From Macrostomum lignano (Eukaryota), in contig NIVC01003921.1 of NCBI GenBank assembly GCA_002269645.1, positions 5,642 to 69,641 on the forward strand: a stretch of DNA of 64,000 nt. Reading direction: 5' to 3'. The notes under the pieces were generated by a model that saw only the letters and a list, made by a program, of their open reading frames with translations, was not told the origin of the DNA and ran no database searches. A program made the translations under genes and the position numbers. Within the stretch, counting starts at the first letter, position 1. Every line of letters begins with the position of its first letter. Below are positions 28,293-40,019 of this stretch, in pieces.

Positions 28293-29569
28293 AGAATTGT
28301 AACAGCCACTGTAGTAAAATTTGCATTCGCACATACTTCCTAATAAATCTAAAAAATTTCAGTGATTGCTCGAAGAGGAATACGTGGTCTAATTCACCCC
28401 ATAATAGTGAATTTTTCTTTCGCTCTGCTATTTAAGGTTTATAAACGAGACTATTTTGTCAATAGGCAATAAACAGTGTTAGCGAGGCCACTATAATTCT
28501 AGTCTGCCTCCTATTGGCTGCGTGGATGTGCGCACAACCGAGACTGGCCATGTACAATTGTACGATCGTCGGGGATAGAAAATATCTTCTCCCTCTCTAA
28601 CCCCAACCTCACTCACGCCACGCCATTGCCTTTCCCAGCTCATTATTTCAGGGGCCATAAAAACCGCAAATCAGCCCTCCCAGTCTTACTTAAGATAAGC
28701 TTTTGAGAGAAAATCAAGGTCAAGGTCATTCGATCGTTGTGTCGCCTTAAGCTACCTTAGCGCATGTTACGACCGTACATGTAGAAACAATCAATTCTTC
28801 CAACACTTGACCATCTGTATGCTGATGCCATGCGAGCATAGAACTCTCTTTTTATGTCTAAATGTATTAGTAAAATTTCTCAATTATATTTTTCTTTGTA
28901 CAAGCGTATGCAATCAAGCTACTATATGGCATTGCTTTGTGTCGCTATTAAATGTAAACATGCAGTGTGGTTAAAATGACGATGGAAATGCAAAAAAGCC
29001 CAAAAGAGACACTTATAGCTCGTAGATCGTTTCGTTTGTCCAGCTTCATCGTGCTGTGTGTTATGCTAAATATTTTAACTTTCTTAAAAACAAATTAGCT
29101 AATTGAACCGATTCAATTTATAGCCCTTATATTTATTCGTTCATAATGCTGTTTTATTAAACTTTTTAAGTATAATTATATTTATGGCAGAATAAATTGA
29201 AAAATGCTTTTTGACTCCTTAAATGCTTAACTATACATGTACGCCGCAAAAAGACTGCAAAGAAAAACGCAGTATCAAAGTAATTTATTCTCGTGGATCT
29301 GAGTTTGCTCACAAAAATAGCTCTGGTAGTTGAGTGAATACATTGTATTTAAGTATTTGTTCTGCAAGTTTATTCACAAGGCTTAGTCAAGGCTTACGGG
29401 GGAATTGGTGAGAAGGCAAGGCTAGGGGAAAATTGTTGAGATATAAATGCTGAGGTCAGAAGCTAGATGCAGTTATTTAAAAAAATATTACATTCTTTGT
29501 TTGCTCCCCAAACGGGGCGTAGATTGCTAGTCATTATACTAAAATTAAATGCCAAATGCGTGTGTACAC

Positions 29570-29940
29570 GTGGGGGCCAAGATTGAGAGGTCGGATTCGC
29601 GTATGTACACACGAGGACGAGATTGAAAAGTCCGCGTATGTACACGCGGGGACGAGATTGAAGTCAGATTCGGGTATTGAGACGAGATTGAGAGGTCGAG
29701 TTTGCGTATGTACACATGGGGACGAGATTGAGAGGTCGAGTTTGCGTATGTACACATGGGGACGAGATTGAGAGGTTGAGTTTGCGTATGTACACATGGG
29801 GACGAGATTGAGTTTGCGTATGTACACATGGGGACGAGATTGAGAGGTTGAGTTTGCGTATGTACACATGGGGACGAGATTGAGAGGTTGAGTTTGCGTA
29901 TGTACACATGTAGACGAGATTGAAAGGTCGGATCGCTTTC
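29570..29940. repeat. Minisatellite, about 40-bp unit GTACACATGGGGACGAGATTGAGAGGTTGAGTTTGCGTAT
   Basis: Tandem units read directly. Confidence 0.92.
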
Positions 29941-30889
29941 GTACACAAAAGGAATTAAAGCAAAACCATTTAATTAGCTTAGTAATCTTTTTGTGTGAAA
30001 AGGACCATAAATATCACTGTACTTTTGTTATATTGGCAATTTTTGCTACAATATTCATTAAATGAGTAGACTCACACCAACCCGCTTCTGGGCTTAACGC
30101 TTGATTTTAGTCGGAGAGTTCTACCTCTTATCATTTAACCAGCAGGATTTATCACATTTACTAGGTACGAGTAAATTTGTGTTTATAGCTCGAATTCATT
30201 CTTCTCTGATAAGCAGTTTGATAGAACAAAATGAAACTGATTACAGACAGATCTCCAATAAGTTTACAAGTCCATCGGAGAATGAAATGAAACGGCCTGT
30301 GTGTAAACTTTTTATTTTTTTATACTAATCGGTATAACTCGGAGAATCTTCAGCGAAAAGTACAGTCGAAATTGGCGAAATCATAGGTGCAATTTAACTT
30401 TTTTATAAAACACATTTTCCCAATCAATGAAGGCGTCGTGTCGAAAATAACAATTAACAAACCAACTATGTCAGTTAAAACAATTCTGAAACCGAGTTGA
30501 TCAGGGAAAATGTGTAACCGCATATGTGCATTAATATTTTATAAATATACGATATTATTATACTCTATCTAATGCAAACACGCATAGTACTAGTAATAGC
30601 TGAGATAGTGAACGCAAAAAACAATAAGAGATACCGAGTACGCACCAACTGGTTTTTTATTGAAAAAAAATTAGACTCGATAATTTCGTCGCATTAAAAA
30701 TACAAAATGACAACGCACTACTGCTAAGCTTGAGAACAGGAATCCATTAACTGGTCGTCCAATTGTTACAAGGTATTTGTTAATCAAGCCATTACTAACG
30801 GCTGAAACTGTCTAAAGCAACAGAGTGCTCAGTTATACTATTAGAGAAAGAAAAACTAGAAGTGTGGCCAACGTTATTTATGAATGCGC

Positions 30890-31660
30890 GTACACATAGG
30901 GCGAGATTGAAGGGTTGGGGAGGTCCTGTGTACCTGTGGGGACGGGATTGAGGGGTCGGAGACGCACTGTGCACATATGGGGACGGGATTGAGGGGTCGG
31001 AGACGTTTGTGCACATTTGGGGACGGGATTGAGGGGTCGGAGACGTTTGTGCACATTTGGGGACGGGATTGAGGGGTCGGAGACGTACTGTGCACATATG
31101 GGGACGGGATTGAGGGGTCGGAGACGTTTGTGCACATATGGGGACGGGATTGAGGGGTCGGAGACGCACTGTGCACATATGGGACGGGATTGAGGGGTCG
31201 GAGACGCACTGTGCACATATGGGGACGGGATTGAGGGGTCGGAGACGCACTGTGCACATATGGGGACGGGATTGAGGGGTCGGAGACGCACTGTGCACAT
31301 ATGGGGACGGGATTGAGGGGTCGGAGACGTACTGTGCACATATGGGGACGGGATTGAGGGGTCGGAGACGCACTGTGCACATATGGGGACGGGATTGAGG
31401 GGTCGGAGACGCACTGTGCACATATGGGGACGGGATTGAGGGGTCGGAGACGTACTGTGCACATATGGGGACGGGATTGAGGGGTCGGAGACGCACTGTG
31501 CACATATGGGGACGGGATTGAGGGGTCGGAGACGCACTGTGCACATATGGGGACGGGATTGAGGGGTCGGAGACGTACTGTGCACATATGGGGACGGGAT
31601 TGAGGGGTCGGAGACGTTTGTGCACATTTGGGGACGGGATTGAGGGTTCGAAGACGCAGT
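30890..31660. repeat. Minisatellite, 41-bp unit TGTGCACATATGGGGACGGGATTGAGGGGTCGGAGACGCAC
   Basis: About 18 tandem units; related to the 29570-29940 array. Confidence 0.96.
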
Positions 31661-32395
31661 GCGTACACTTTTGATCAAACGCCTGGTGGCATGCTCAGAC
31701 ACGGACCAGTCGATTTGAGTCTTTATTTCAAGTTTGTGTGTAAATACTGGTTGGTTTGTGTCTTTACCAAGCATTTATTTTTAAGTAAATAACTGGAGCA
31801 ATGTGCTAACGATGAAGCCACACTTCCTAAACAGTGTTATAAAGGAAAGCACTTATAATTTCGCATTACTGTATATGAAAAGCGGTACGCTATTAAATTA
31901 AGAATACAGTAAATGTTTTCATGCTGTTGACAGTTAATGGCTAATCCACTCGCAGCTATAAGGTGCCAAAAGGTACTTAAATAATGAGTAGATACACAGT
32001 ATAAGAAAAAAACAAAAGAAGATAAAAAAATCGAGTGTGAGAGTGATATATCTACAGACAAAAACAATTGTTTAACTTAAGAAACATGGAATCCAATTAA
32101 TTTTATAAAATCTCAATACTCTATAAAGTAGTAAAGTAAAACAATTCTATTGCCGTTAATAACATTAATAACGAATAATTGCAGTTTATCATAGCATTAT
32201 GAAATTCCCAATGCTCAGGCTGCTGGCAGTAAAAGTACCATTATAACAAAACTAACAATTCTAATTGTTCTCCTTCCCGAATTCATTAAAGATGATAAAC
32301 TCTGCAGCAATCTGTACCCAATCCCATTTATTAAAAGCTGATATTGATACTTCAGTTACAGCGACTCAAAATTGTTGTTTATCCATAATCATAAT

Positions 32396-35300
32396 TTAAT
32401 TACCGTGCCCGTTCACTTCGCAAATTGGTGTTAGCTTCATAAATATTTTGAATCGGCCAGCGATAACTTCGTCCGGGACTACGTGCAGAGAGAACCGCGA
32501 CTCGCAATCCAGCTGGGATACCATCTGGCCGAGGGGAAGATTTGGGGAGGACAAATCCTTATGGGGGATTATTACTGTAGATTAAAAACCCACTGTATGG
32601 GGAGCAGCAAGATAGAGACCTCCTGTCTGGGGTGCACAGAGGTGAAGACCCACTGCCTGGGGCGCAGGGAGGTGAAGACCCACTGTCTGTAGGGGGATGT
32701 GAAGACCCACTGTCTGTAGGGGGGTGTGAAGACCCACTGTCTGTAGGAGGAGGGATGTGAAGACCCACTGTCTGTAGGGGGATGTGAAGACCCACTGTCT
32801 GTAGGGCGATGTGAAGACCCACTGTCTGTAGGGCGATGTGAAGACCCACTGTCTGTAGGAGGAGGGATGTGAAGACCCACTGTCTGTAGGGGGAGGAAGG
32901 TGAAGACCCATTCCGGAGGGATCTGAGAAGAAGCAAAGCCAACTGTGTGGATCTGAGAAGAAGCAAAGCCAACTGTGTGGATCTGAGAAGAAGCAAAGCC
33001 AACTGTGTGGATCTGAGAAGAAGCAAAGCCAACTGTGTGGATCTGAGAAGAAGCAAAGCCAGCTGTGTGGATCTGATCGGCACAGATAAGACTATAAGGA
33101 GTACCAAATAAAATTCTCACCTCGTCGCTGATGCAGACGGGAATTCCGGCAGGTCCGCAGAGAAGTACCTGGGAGATTTTCTCACCGTCCGATTGGAACA
33201 GACCAGCAATTTTGGTCAGCAATTCCTGATAGCTCAGGGTGCTCAAATACACCGGGTGAAACACTGTGGGCGGATAGGGGTGGAGGTCTAGCGGGCTTTG
33301 ATGCTTAATCGAACTAAGGGAGGAAACCCTTGAGCAAAGAAATCCTAGCTGCTGTTGGTTAAAAAATAAGCAATTTTCAACAAAAAGCTGAGGCGAAAAG
33401 ACGTGATATCAGTGAATGTAAAGTTTGTCTGAGTAGGGATTTAGGGGAGATTATCTGAGTAGGGATTTAGGGGAGATTGTCTGAGTAGGGATTTAGGGGA
33501 GATTATCTGAGTAGGGATTTAGGGGAGATTGTCTGAGTAGGGATTTAGGGGAGATTGTCTGAGTAGGGATTTAGGGGAGATTAACTGAGTAGGGATTTAG
33601 GGGAGATTAACTGAGTAGGGATTTAGGGGAGATTGTCTGAGTAGGGATTTAGGGGAGATTGTCTGACTAGGGATTTAGGGGAGATTATCTGAGTATGGAT
33701 TTAGGGGAGATTGTCTGAGTGGGGATTTAGGGGAGATTATCTGAGTAGGGATTTAGGGGAGACTATCTGAGTAGGGATTTAGGGAGATTTTTTATGAGGA
33801 AAATTAAAGACGATTCAGCAGTAGATTCAGGGACAACTCTAAAAAGAAAAGGGGGTATTTATCTGACAATAGTCTAGGAGATTCAATAGAACTCATCTAG
33901 ATCTCAGTATCTGAACTAACCATTCTCAGACTCCTGACCAACATAGAACAGCAGTTTGTAACGGCAGGGCCGCTGAGCCAGACCATTGTAGAGTCTAACT
34001 CCGTCAGACGGACCGCAAATCTCAATAAGATCGGCTCTGGACAAGCGCAACAAGTCGGCGCCATTGAAATTGGCGAACAGCCGGGCCACTGTGGCGAACC
34101 GGTTCTGCTCCAGCCAGTCGGCAACCTGCTGAGGCGAGCTGTCGAATGTCAGGTTCACCGGGGACTCGCGGCCGCATTGCGAATTTCTACTAGCAACAGT
34201 GGCGGCGGCTGCTGCACAGGATGGGCTGGCGGGCGAGTGCACCGATTTGGGGCTTGGCGAGCTGCCAGACCCGCCGTCACCGCCGCTGCATTGCTGCGCT
34301 CGAGAGCCGGCCTCCTGCTTGCTGTTAGCGATTGGGTTTTTCTTCAACGGTTAGTTTTTTGTGACCTCCTAAATTTGGACACCGGATGCTAAATTGACAT
34401 CCTGTTTTTTTCCTAAGCTGAGAGTCTGCAGACTTGTGCAACTTTTGAGGGTCGGAGAGGCTCAATTCCGTGCGCGGGAGCGTTAATTTGGGGCGATTCC
34501 CGCTCACGAGAACCGTGAGCGTTGGCTAAGAGCATTGGCTGAAAGCAGTCACGTGACTACTATTTTGTCCAATAGCGACTTACGTGTGTGTGTAGCCAAT
34601 AAAAACGGCCGGGTGAATCCTTAGGTTGCGCCCAAGCATGTGAGAGGGTCAGATGCGGCAATGTATAAAGGAATTCTGCCAACTAGTCTAACGCTTTTCA
34701 AACGCGTCCAATCCATAAAGATGCTCAATGTGCGTCAAAACCACAATCTGAGTATCCACAAAGACCCGCTAGTTGAACTAGCTAAAACAGAATTACAGAC
34801 TCACACGACAACACCGTCGGCGGGGCGGTCAGCGGCAGACTTGAGCTCGGGCTTGACCAGACTCAACAAGCCCTGCTCGCTCAGGTAAACAGTTGGCTTA
34901 AATGGAGTATAGAGCAGCGAAGGCTGGTATTTGCTGCGCTCGCTTTCCGTTCGCTTCTCTACTTTCTCCCTGTCGGTCTTGTGTTTCCTATCGGCGCCCT
35001 TGGGCTTAAACACTTTCACCTGGGCGGCCAGGCTCTGCAAATGGTTGCCAGTGGCATTGTCGAACGTGTCCACCTGCAGGCGGAACGGGATGCCCTTCTC
35101 GCCGCCGTGCTTTCTAGCCGTGAACTCCGTGCTGATGCAGTGCAGCTTCACGAATACGCCGCAGTCTGAGCTGCTGTCGCCGCCTTCCCATATCACCTCG
35201 GCCATGTTAATATGAGCAGGACTGATCTTCACGTCGCTCAGGTTGTATGATAGAGGGATGTCAATGTCCAGGATGCGCTCGCCAGGCCTGCTCTGGCGCC

Positions 35301-36974
35301 AGTAATCCAGGTGCTCCTTCTCCATGAACTGCATCCGGCGCTCGTGGAAGCTGATGCGGAACACGCTCTGGCAAGGGTGGATTGATTCTACAGGGTGGAT
35401 TGAGGCGATTCTATAGGGTGGATTGAGGCGATTCTACAGGGTGGATTGAGGGCGATTCTACAGGGTGGATTGAGGGCGATTCTATAGGGTGGATTGAGGA
35501 CGATTCTATAGGGTGGATTGAGGGCGATTCTACAGGGTGGATTGAGGGCGATTCTATAGGGTGGATTGAGGGCGATTCTACAGGGTGGATTGAGGGCGAT
35601 TCTACAGGGTGGATTGAGGGCGATTCTACAGGGTGGATTGAGGGCGATTCTACAGGGTGGATTGAGGGCGATTCTACAGGGTGGATTGAGGGCGATTCTA
35701 CAGGGTGGATTGAGGGCGATTCTACAGGGTGGATTGAGGACGATTCTACAGGGTGGATTGAGGACGATTCTATAGGTAAGGTGGCTTAGTAAAGTATCTG
35801 CAATAAAATTGTGCTAAAGTCTTCAGTTGTCAGAAGCTGTTGGTACTGTTGTACTGTTGGCAGTAACAGACTTACTCTAAACAGTCGAGATTTCTCTCCG
35901 TTTCCATAGTAGGACAGTTTCACTTCGTATGGATGACCTGAGGAGAAAACATGACAGAAAAAGTACCTTGAATGAATAAAAATACCAATAAATACTAAAT
36001 AGTATAATGCAAGTAGTATGTTAATATTGTATAATGCGAAAGGGGTATACTAATAAGGGTTGTAGCCTAGTAGTTAGAGTGTCGGACTTACGGCTGAAAA
36101 GTCGGGGGTTCTATTTCCGACCCACTCGGAACAATTTGTGTCCTTGAGAAAGACAATTAACCCTGCATTGCTTCAGTTCACCCAGCTGTAAAATGGGTGC
36201 CAGCATTAGCTGGGGTAATTGAGGGTGTGTGGCGACCCCCAGTCTTTGGACTGAACAGCCGTACGCAGCCTTCAGATGCGCCCGCGCAATAGCTGCGGCT
36301 GAGCTGTCGGTTGCACATCTGCCCACTAGCATTAGGGCATATGTAAAGAAACAAGTAAACTATTTAAATTAAAGAGCTAAAATGCAATCGAGGATCATCA
36401 TAAAGTTTGGGGATTTGTGCAGTTTAGGGATTTGTGCAGTTTAGGGATCATAAACTTTGGGGATCATAAGTTTTGTTCATACACAGATTAAACCAGTGTT
36501 GCAATTAACACTAGCACTAATTCGCCTACCCTGATTAAGATAAGTCAGCGGCTCCTCATTCACTTTGATAGCTGGCGAGGTGCAGGCGCACATGGATATA
36601 TTAAATTTGCCGCTGTGCAACAGAGGTGGCTGCTGCTGCTGCATGGACTCCGACTGTCTATTATCCATGCCAGAGAAGCTGGACGAATCTGTGGCAGCTT
36701 CATCGGTTGGCGGCAAAAACTTTCCAGGCGACAGCGACATGATGGCTTCAGACATGTTGAATGAGGAGGCAGCAAGATCGACGCCCAGGCCAGATAGGGA
36801 GCCCTCGAAGTTGGCCGCGAGGCCGTGGTCGATGTCGTCCATTTGCCACTCGCTCGTGACCTGCTGCTGCTGCTGTTGCTTGGTGTCGCCAAGCTGTCGA
36901 TTGGCATTGGAAACCAACTGCTGGGGCTTGGGATTAGCCAGGCTATTGATTGACATGAATGTAATGGTTGGCAT
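32396..36974 (-). CDS. TFCP2: TFCP2/LSF/UBP1-type CP2 transcription factor (6 exons, about 580 aa)
   Basis: Exons 36530-36974, 35876-35937, 34805-35367, 33921-34321, 33121-33263, 32396-32524 with consistent phases. CP2 DNA-binding motifs ([18 protein letters not shown]; [27 protein letters not shown]; [18 protein letters not shown]), a SAM-like domain ([26 protein letters not shown]) and an LSF-type C-terminus ([12 protein letters not shown]). Start codon may instead be at 36956. Confidence 0.92.
32580..33075. repeat. Two adjacent minisatellites: about 25-28-bp GTGAAGACCCACTGTCTGTAGG unit, then 30-bp GGATCTGAGAAGAAGCAAAGCCAACTGTGT unit
   Basis: Tandem units in the last TFCP2 intron. Confidence 0.92.
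33428..33790. repeat. Minisatellite, 26-bp unit TCTGAGTAGGGATTTAGGGGAGATTA
   Basis: About 14 tandem units. Confidence 0.95.
35372..35775. repeat. Minisatellite, 24-bp unit GGGTGGATTGAGGGCGATTCTACA
   Basis: Tandem units starting a few bases from the acceptor of the TFCP2 exon at 35367. Confidence 0.96.
36057..36346 (+). mobile_element. tRNA-derived SINE with CORE-like central domain, copy 1
   Basis: A-box-like AGCCTAGTAGTTAGAG, B-box-like GGTTCTATTTCC, then GTGTCCTTGAGAAAGAC..CTTCAGTTCACCCAGCTGTAAAATGGG, which resembles the MIR/CORE domain; highly similar to 52390-52695. Confidence 0.85.
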
Positions 36975-37779
36975 ATTGCATTGTATAGCTAGTATTACAT
37001 TTGATAACCTAATTTTAGCTACACTAACTTTACTTAAATAAAAAATAATTTAGTCAAAAAATAGATTTTTAAACATTTTTTAATATGTATAGATTATTTT
37101 TTTCATTTCTTGTTAAAGGTGGGGCACTTCACTTTAAATGACATTGTCATAGCTAATAAAGACATAAATGTCTATTCTGCTGACTCTCCTAAATAGGCAT
37201 ATAAGCACATGGATATATATGCTGTCATACACACAGGCACACACTCATACAGGAGTCTACAGTAGCCCTGCTCCTAACTTTATTTATTGTTAGACATGTA
37301 CACTTTACAAAGCTTAGGATTTGGCCTTCAATGGCACTAATTGTATGAATAAATCCGCATTGAAATTTCAAGCTAGCCTCAAATTAATATAGCTATAAAC
37401 TTAGAATTAAGCCTAGGCTATTGGCATATCTAAGCATTATGCTAGACCACTAGGCTATACCCTTTCTCCTAAAGAATTTTCTTATAAAACTTTAGTAAAA
37501 GAATAAGTAAAGTAAGTTTTATTTTTATCATCTTGAATTCAAATCTAAAAGAAATTAGGCTTAGTAATAAGGATAAAATAATGAAGCCTAGGCTTATTAG
37601 ACTATTAGGGGCCTAATTACAATGTAATTATAATAGCCAAATTTCTAAAAGCTAGGCCTATAAGTCTTAGCAATCAATTATATAGCTATGTTTGGCCTTG
37701 GGTAAGCCTTAGTTTAAACTGTTTAGTTGTATACAATATAGCTAATCATTTTAATTTAAGCCTAAAAAGTCTAATATTT

Positions 37780-38430
37780 TGTTGGAAGTGCTTATCCCCA
37801 CGGTCCCATTCAGATAATTCCAATTTTATCCACACAGATCTGTGTCAATAATTTCTAGCTTATCCCCATAGCAGCTTATTGAAATAGCTACCACCATTCA
37901 AGTCTATAGGCTATGTCAATACTTCCAATTTTATCCACACAGATCTATGTCGATATTTTCCAGCTTAACCCCATGGCAGCTTATTGGAATAAAGAAACCT
38001 TAAAATGAAACTGTTCAAAAACTGTCTTTTAGTTTTTGACTGTTTTACAAATCTTCCAAATAAACTATAAGTATTTAATACTAAATAATATCAAGTACTT
38101 TATTAAAAATTTTCGTCATCAAAAAGGTTAATTTTAAATATTTGCTTAGCTGCTGGCTTTGCTTAAAATGACCAAACAACCCAAAGATCAAGCCGAATGA
38201 GACTTGCAAAATTCAAAATGATATAATATTACTAATAATAATGACAATATCAATTTAATGTCAGTATAATGTCAGTACACAAAACTAAACACAAACAACT
38301 GCATAATCTTAGCCATGGGGTCCGCATGGTGGGGAATGGGGATAAGCTAAAAATTATTGACAGATCCGTATAGATAAAATTGGAATTATTGGCATAGGAC
38401 CATAGGGATAAGCACTTCCTATTTGGTTGG
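37780..38430. mobile_element. Decayed MITE-like element with about 90-bp inverted repeats
   Basis: GGAAGTGCTTATCCCC..AATTCCAATTTTATC..GATCTG..TCAATAATTT..AGCTTATCCCCA at about 37785-37870 is matched in inverted orientation at about 38335-38420. Confidence 0.65.
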
Positions 38431-39005
38431 CATTTTAAAGAATGGTATAGCTATCTAAAATTATATATAAAATAGGCCTAACCATATCATATCATTTACC
38501 ATATAAAAAAGTTAGGCCTAAAAAAAATACAAACAAAAATTTGTTAGAGCCTTGCCTAGGCCTTATTTTATTGACTAATTATTAAACACATGAATTTTTA
38601 TTTCTGAAATCAATCATTTCTATTAGCCCCTCCTATATATTTAAAATGTAACAATATAAATGTAATAAAGAGAAATCCAAACCATGGCATTTTTAAAGTA
38701 CTAGACTACAAGATCTAGACTGCATAAATAAACTAAATAGGCCTAACCATAAAGTAAAAAAATTGATAAAGAGGCATTATTATGTACACATATTTACACT
38801 CAGCAACAGTCAATACTGTGACCCTAGAAGTAGGGCCTAGAAACAGTGCGCCTGGGCGAGAGTTGGAGAACCTTGCATCATTGCAATGTCAGTACGCAGT
38901 AGGCCCCCCTAGGCCTACTCCCGATAGTTGGCTGAAGTCAATCGCTTGGCCAATTATTTAAGGTTGCAGTTTTGACTGTTGCTGAGTGTATGATAGGAAC
39001 TAGGG

Positions 39006-39367
39006 CCAGGGTTTTTTGTGCGCAGAGTGTGCGTATGCACCCTAAATTTTAAAATCGCACCCTGAAATTAAAAAGTAGGTGCGGTTTAGGTGCGGTCTTA
39101 TAACCATTTTTCTTTAAAGGCTTAACCATGCTTAAGCTATTTTTTATGCACTGCCTTAAAATATGAAACAAAATAACTCTTTAAATCCTTTTAAGTCATA
39201 TAGGCGATATAGCCTATGGCTATAGCCTTATGTAAGATATTAAAATATACATTCCCAGTTGTCTGAAACAAGATTCAAGAGAAATTGCACTCTGAGCCTT
39301 AAAATCGCACCTTGAAATTTGGCACAAGGTGCGATTTCGCACCTTGCCTCTGGCGAAAAAAACCCAG
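39006..39367. mobile_element. hAT-type MITE (362 bp)
   Basis: Termini CCAGGGTTTTTT..GCAGAG / CTCTGGCGAAAAAAACCCAG; exact 8-bp TSD AACTAGGG at 38998-39005 and 39368-39375. Confidence 0.85.
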
Positions 39368-40019
39368 AACTAGGGTTGTTAAGTCGTCATTCATTCCGTA
39401 TCCAAATCCACATTCCACGAATACGAAACAGCAATACCACTTTAGGCGATATTTTACTTTAGCACTACGTAATGCTCAATTAATATATAATGTGAAGAGC
39501 CGTATAGTTTTTAGTTTGATGCATTTGACAAAGTAAGATTAATACTAATAGTTAATATCAATGCCTAATTAAATATGCAAATGATTTACAAAACAAAATC
39601 TCACGCCTGATAGAAACAAGTGTCAAGTAACAACATACAGTGGTCAGTGAGAAAAGTATGCGGTGTACTTTTTCATGTCTATTGGAACTTTTAAGGATAT
39701 GCAATAAATTTTGCATGTCTCTTAACTTACGCGTATTTCATTACTTATATCTACGCAAATCTCGAGCTCTATTTAGGTACCGCAATATGTATCTTAATCT
39801 AAATATTGTATTTGTTATACCGACTTGTTTCACATTTAAAATAAAGAATAAATTTAAGCTATTGACAAGTCCGCGATTCTGTGATGGGGCTTCGCCCCAG
39901 CAGGACTACACAATAAAACAAGTAGGTTTTCTAATAATTTTTTGTAATGGGCTCATAAAATTACTGATTGAATCTGTTTCTTTTGCTATCTTTTTTAAGC
40001 TCGTACTGTATAGTGTTAA

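Noticed and set aside
29570-31660. Regular 40-41-bp repeats superficially like CRISPR arrays
   Set aside because: Head-to-tail units without unique spacers, eukaryotic context, no cas genes
30795-31774. Three overlapping 260-300-aa ORFs
   Set aside because: Products of the 41-bp minisatellite
33428-33790. TTAGGG-like motif suggesting an interstitial telomere
   Set aside because: It is embedded in a 26-bp unit, not tandem hexamers
36057-36130. Possible tRNA gene (also 52625-52695)
   Set aside because: Continues into a shared SINE body and tail; no complete cloverleaf
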